From Octopus bimaculoides (taxonomy: Eukaryota): a stretch of DNA of 64,000 nucleotides. This document shows positions 62,488 through 64,000 of the stretch, piece after piece (the stretch's first letter is position 1; each line of letters opens with the position of its first letter). The notes below the pieces were generated by a model. It saw only the letters and a program-made list of their open reading frames with translations, was not told the DNA's origin and searched no databases. The DNA lies in contig NC_068982.1 in NCBI RefSeq assembly GCF_001194135.2, positions 16,253,292 to 16,317,291 of the forward strand, read 5' to 3'. A program made the translations under genes and the position numbers.

Positions 62488-62595
62488 CAGATTAAGCAAA
62501 CCTATGAAGGATGGAGTTCTAGCTATGACCATTCTGGCTTTGTGTTGATCCAATTTTTAAAATGACAGGCTGTGATTTAAGAGAAGTTGACAGTG

Positions 62596-62973
62596 TAGGC
62601 GCAGGAGTGGTAAGTAGCTTGCTTACCAAACACATGGTTCTGGGTTCATTCTCACTGCGTGGCACCTTGAGCAAGTGTCTTCTACTATAGCCTCGGGCCC
62701 ACCAAAGCCTTGCGAGTGGATTTGGTAGAAGGAAACTGAAAGAAGCCTGTCGTATATATGTATATATATATATGCATGTGTGTGTATATGTTTGTAAGTC
62801 TGTGTTTGTCCCCCCACCATCGCTTGACAACCGATGCTGGTGTGTTTACATCCCCGTAACTTAGCGGTTCAGCAAAAGAGACCGATAGAATAAGTACTAG
62901 GCTTACAAAGAATAAGTCCTGGGGTTGATTTGCTCGACTAAAGGCGGTGCTCCAGCATGGCTGCAGTCAAATG
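62596..62973 (+). mobile_element. SINE family A, near full length
   Basis: Colinear with 52977-53410. Confidence 0.9.
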
Positions 62974-63567
62974 CATGTACATGTGTTTCTGAAACTGTGT
63001 ATAATTAGCATAGCCTTTCCTTTTCGGATTCACTTATCAACACATAATACATCATTAGAGCACTGCTAACATATACTGACCAGTGTTGCTGCTTCACACA
63101 CAAACATCCAAGATTGCACAGAAATTAGGCCAAGAGGTTGATGGAGAAAAAGACATTCACCAACACTCTACAACTACCACTACAACAGTTTCCACTCTTC
63201 TCAACTAAGATCTTGTATATCACTTTTAATTTCTTTCACCTTTGCCCAGCCCACCCAATCCACCTATCCTTCTTTTAGCTTTCATCTCAAAACTTCAAAC
63301 TAAACACATTTTTCATTTCTTCCTTACTACAGTTGCAGTGCAGCTCCCAGGAATTCTTTCCCTTATATTTTATACTTTTTTTCTTTTTTGCCATCAATAC
63401 TATTTTATAGAAATTCAAACTGATCATCAACTGCATAGAATTCACTATCCTAGGGGGACCCAGAAAGAGAATGGACAATGTTTTACTTCTGACTAAATAA
63501 AACAAAAAAAGGAAACAGAAAAAAAAAAACATATATACATGTTGGTCAAACAATTAATGAGGTATCA

Positions 63568-63733
63568 TAGGTGCAGGCATGGCTGTGTGGTAAGTAGCTT
63601 GCTTACCAACCACATGATTCTGGGTTCAGTCCCTTGTGTGGCACCTTGGGCAAGTGTGTTCTACTATAGCCTCAGGCTGACCAAAAGCCGTATAAGTGGA
63701 TTTGGTAGACAAACTGAAAAGAAGCCTGTAGTA
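63568..63733 (+). mobile_element. SINE family A 5' half
   Basis: Head and CORE-like segment ending in the (TA)n centre. Confidence 0.85.
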
Positions 63734-63764
63734 TATATATATATATATATGTATGTATATATAT

Positions 63765-64000
63765 ATCATCATCATCATCATCATCGTTTAACGTCCGCTT
63801 TCCATGCTAGCATGGGTTGGACGATTTGACTGAGGACTGGTGAAACCGGATGGCAACACCAGGCTCCAGTCTGATTTGGCAGAGTTTCTACAGCTGGATG
63901 CCCTTCCTAACGCCAACCACTCAGAGAGTGTAGTGGGTGCTTTTACGTGTCACCCGCACGAAAACGGCCACGCTCGAAATAGTGTCTTTTATGTGCCACC
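63765..64000 (-). mobile_element. Young family B copy running off the window edge
   Basis: (CAT)n CGTTTAACGTCCGCTTTCCATGC...; near-identical to 30670-30828. Confidence 0.9.

Overview
AT-rich, microsatellite-dense eukaryotic genomic DNA with many N gaps, mostly flanked by (TA)n or poly-G, which suggests a short-read assembly. The repeat families resemble those I associate with octopus (coleoid cephalopod) genomes; this is an inference, not a database hit. I cannot support any host protein-coding gene, rRNA, tRNA gene or CRISPR array. The window reads as intronic or intergenic sequence made largely of decayed transposable elements. DNA elements: an internally deleted mariner (2714-3666), a 5'-truncated DD37D/maT transposon joined to a Helitron RepHel 5' fragment (54.4-55.8 kb), hAT, Tigger-like, foldback and piggyBac-type (TTAA) MITEs. 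Retroelements: LINE fragments of RTE, R4/Dong-like and CR1-like type, a Penelope-like fragment, and several SINE-type families (A: tRNA head plus CORE-like segment; B: RTE-type (GAT)n tails; C: other tRNA-SINEs; M: Meta-domain-like). Most listed ORFs are artefacts of microsatellites or N gaps. I found no convincing new gene system. The most interesting signals are structural: a self-nested, tandem piggyBac-type MITE cluster with an amplified 12-bp terminus (22.8-23.8 kb), a clean MITE-in-MITE insertion (57.3-57.6 kb), a degenerate hammerhead-like motif next to a Penelope-like fragment (48.6-49.2 kb), the Helitron/maT chimera, and in-window linkage of the family B tails to an RTE LINE. Repeat boundaries were read by eye and are approximate unless TIRs or TSDs are quoted.
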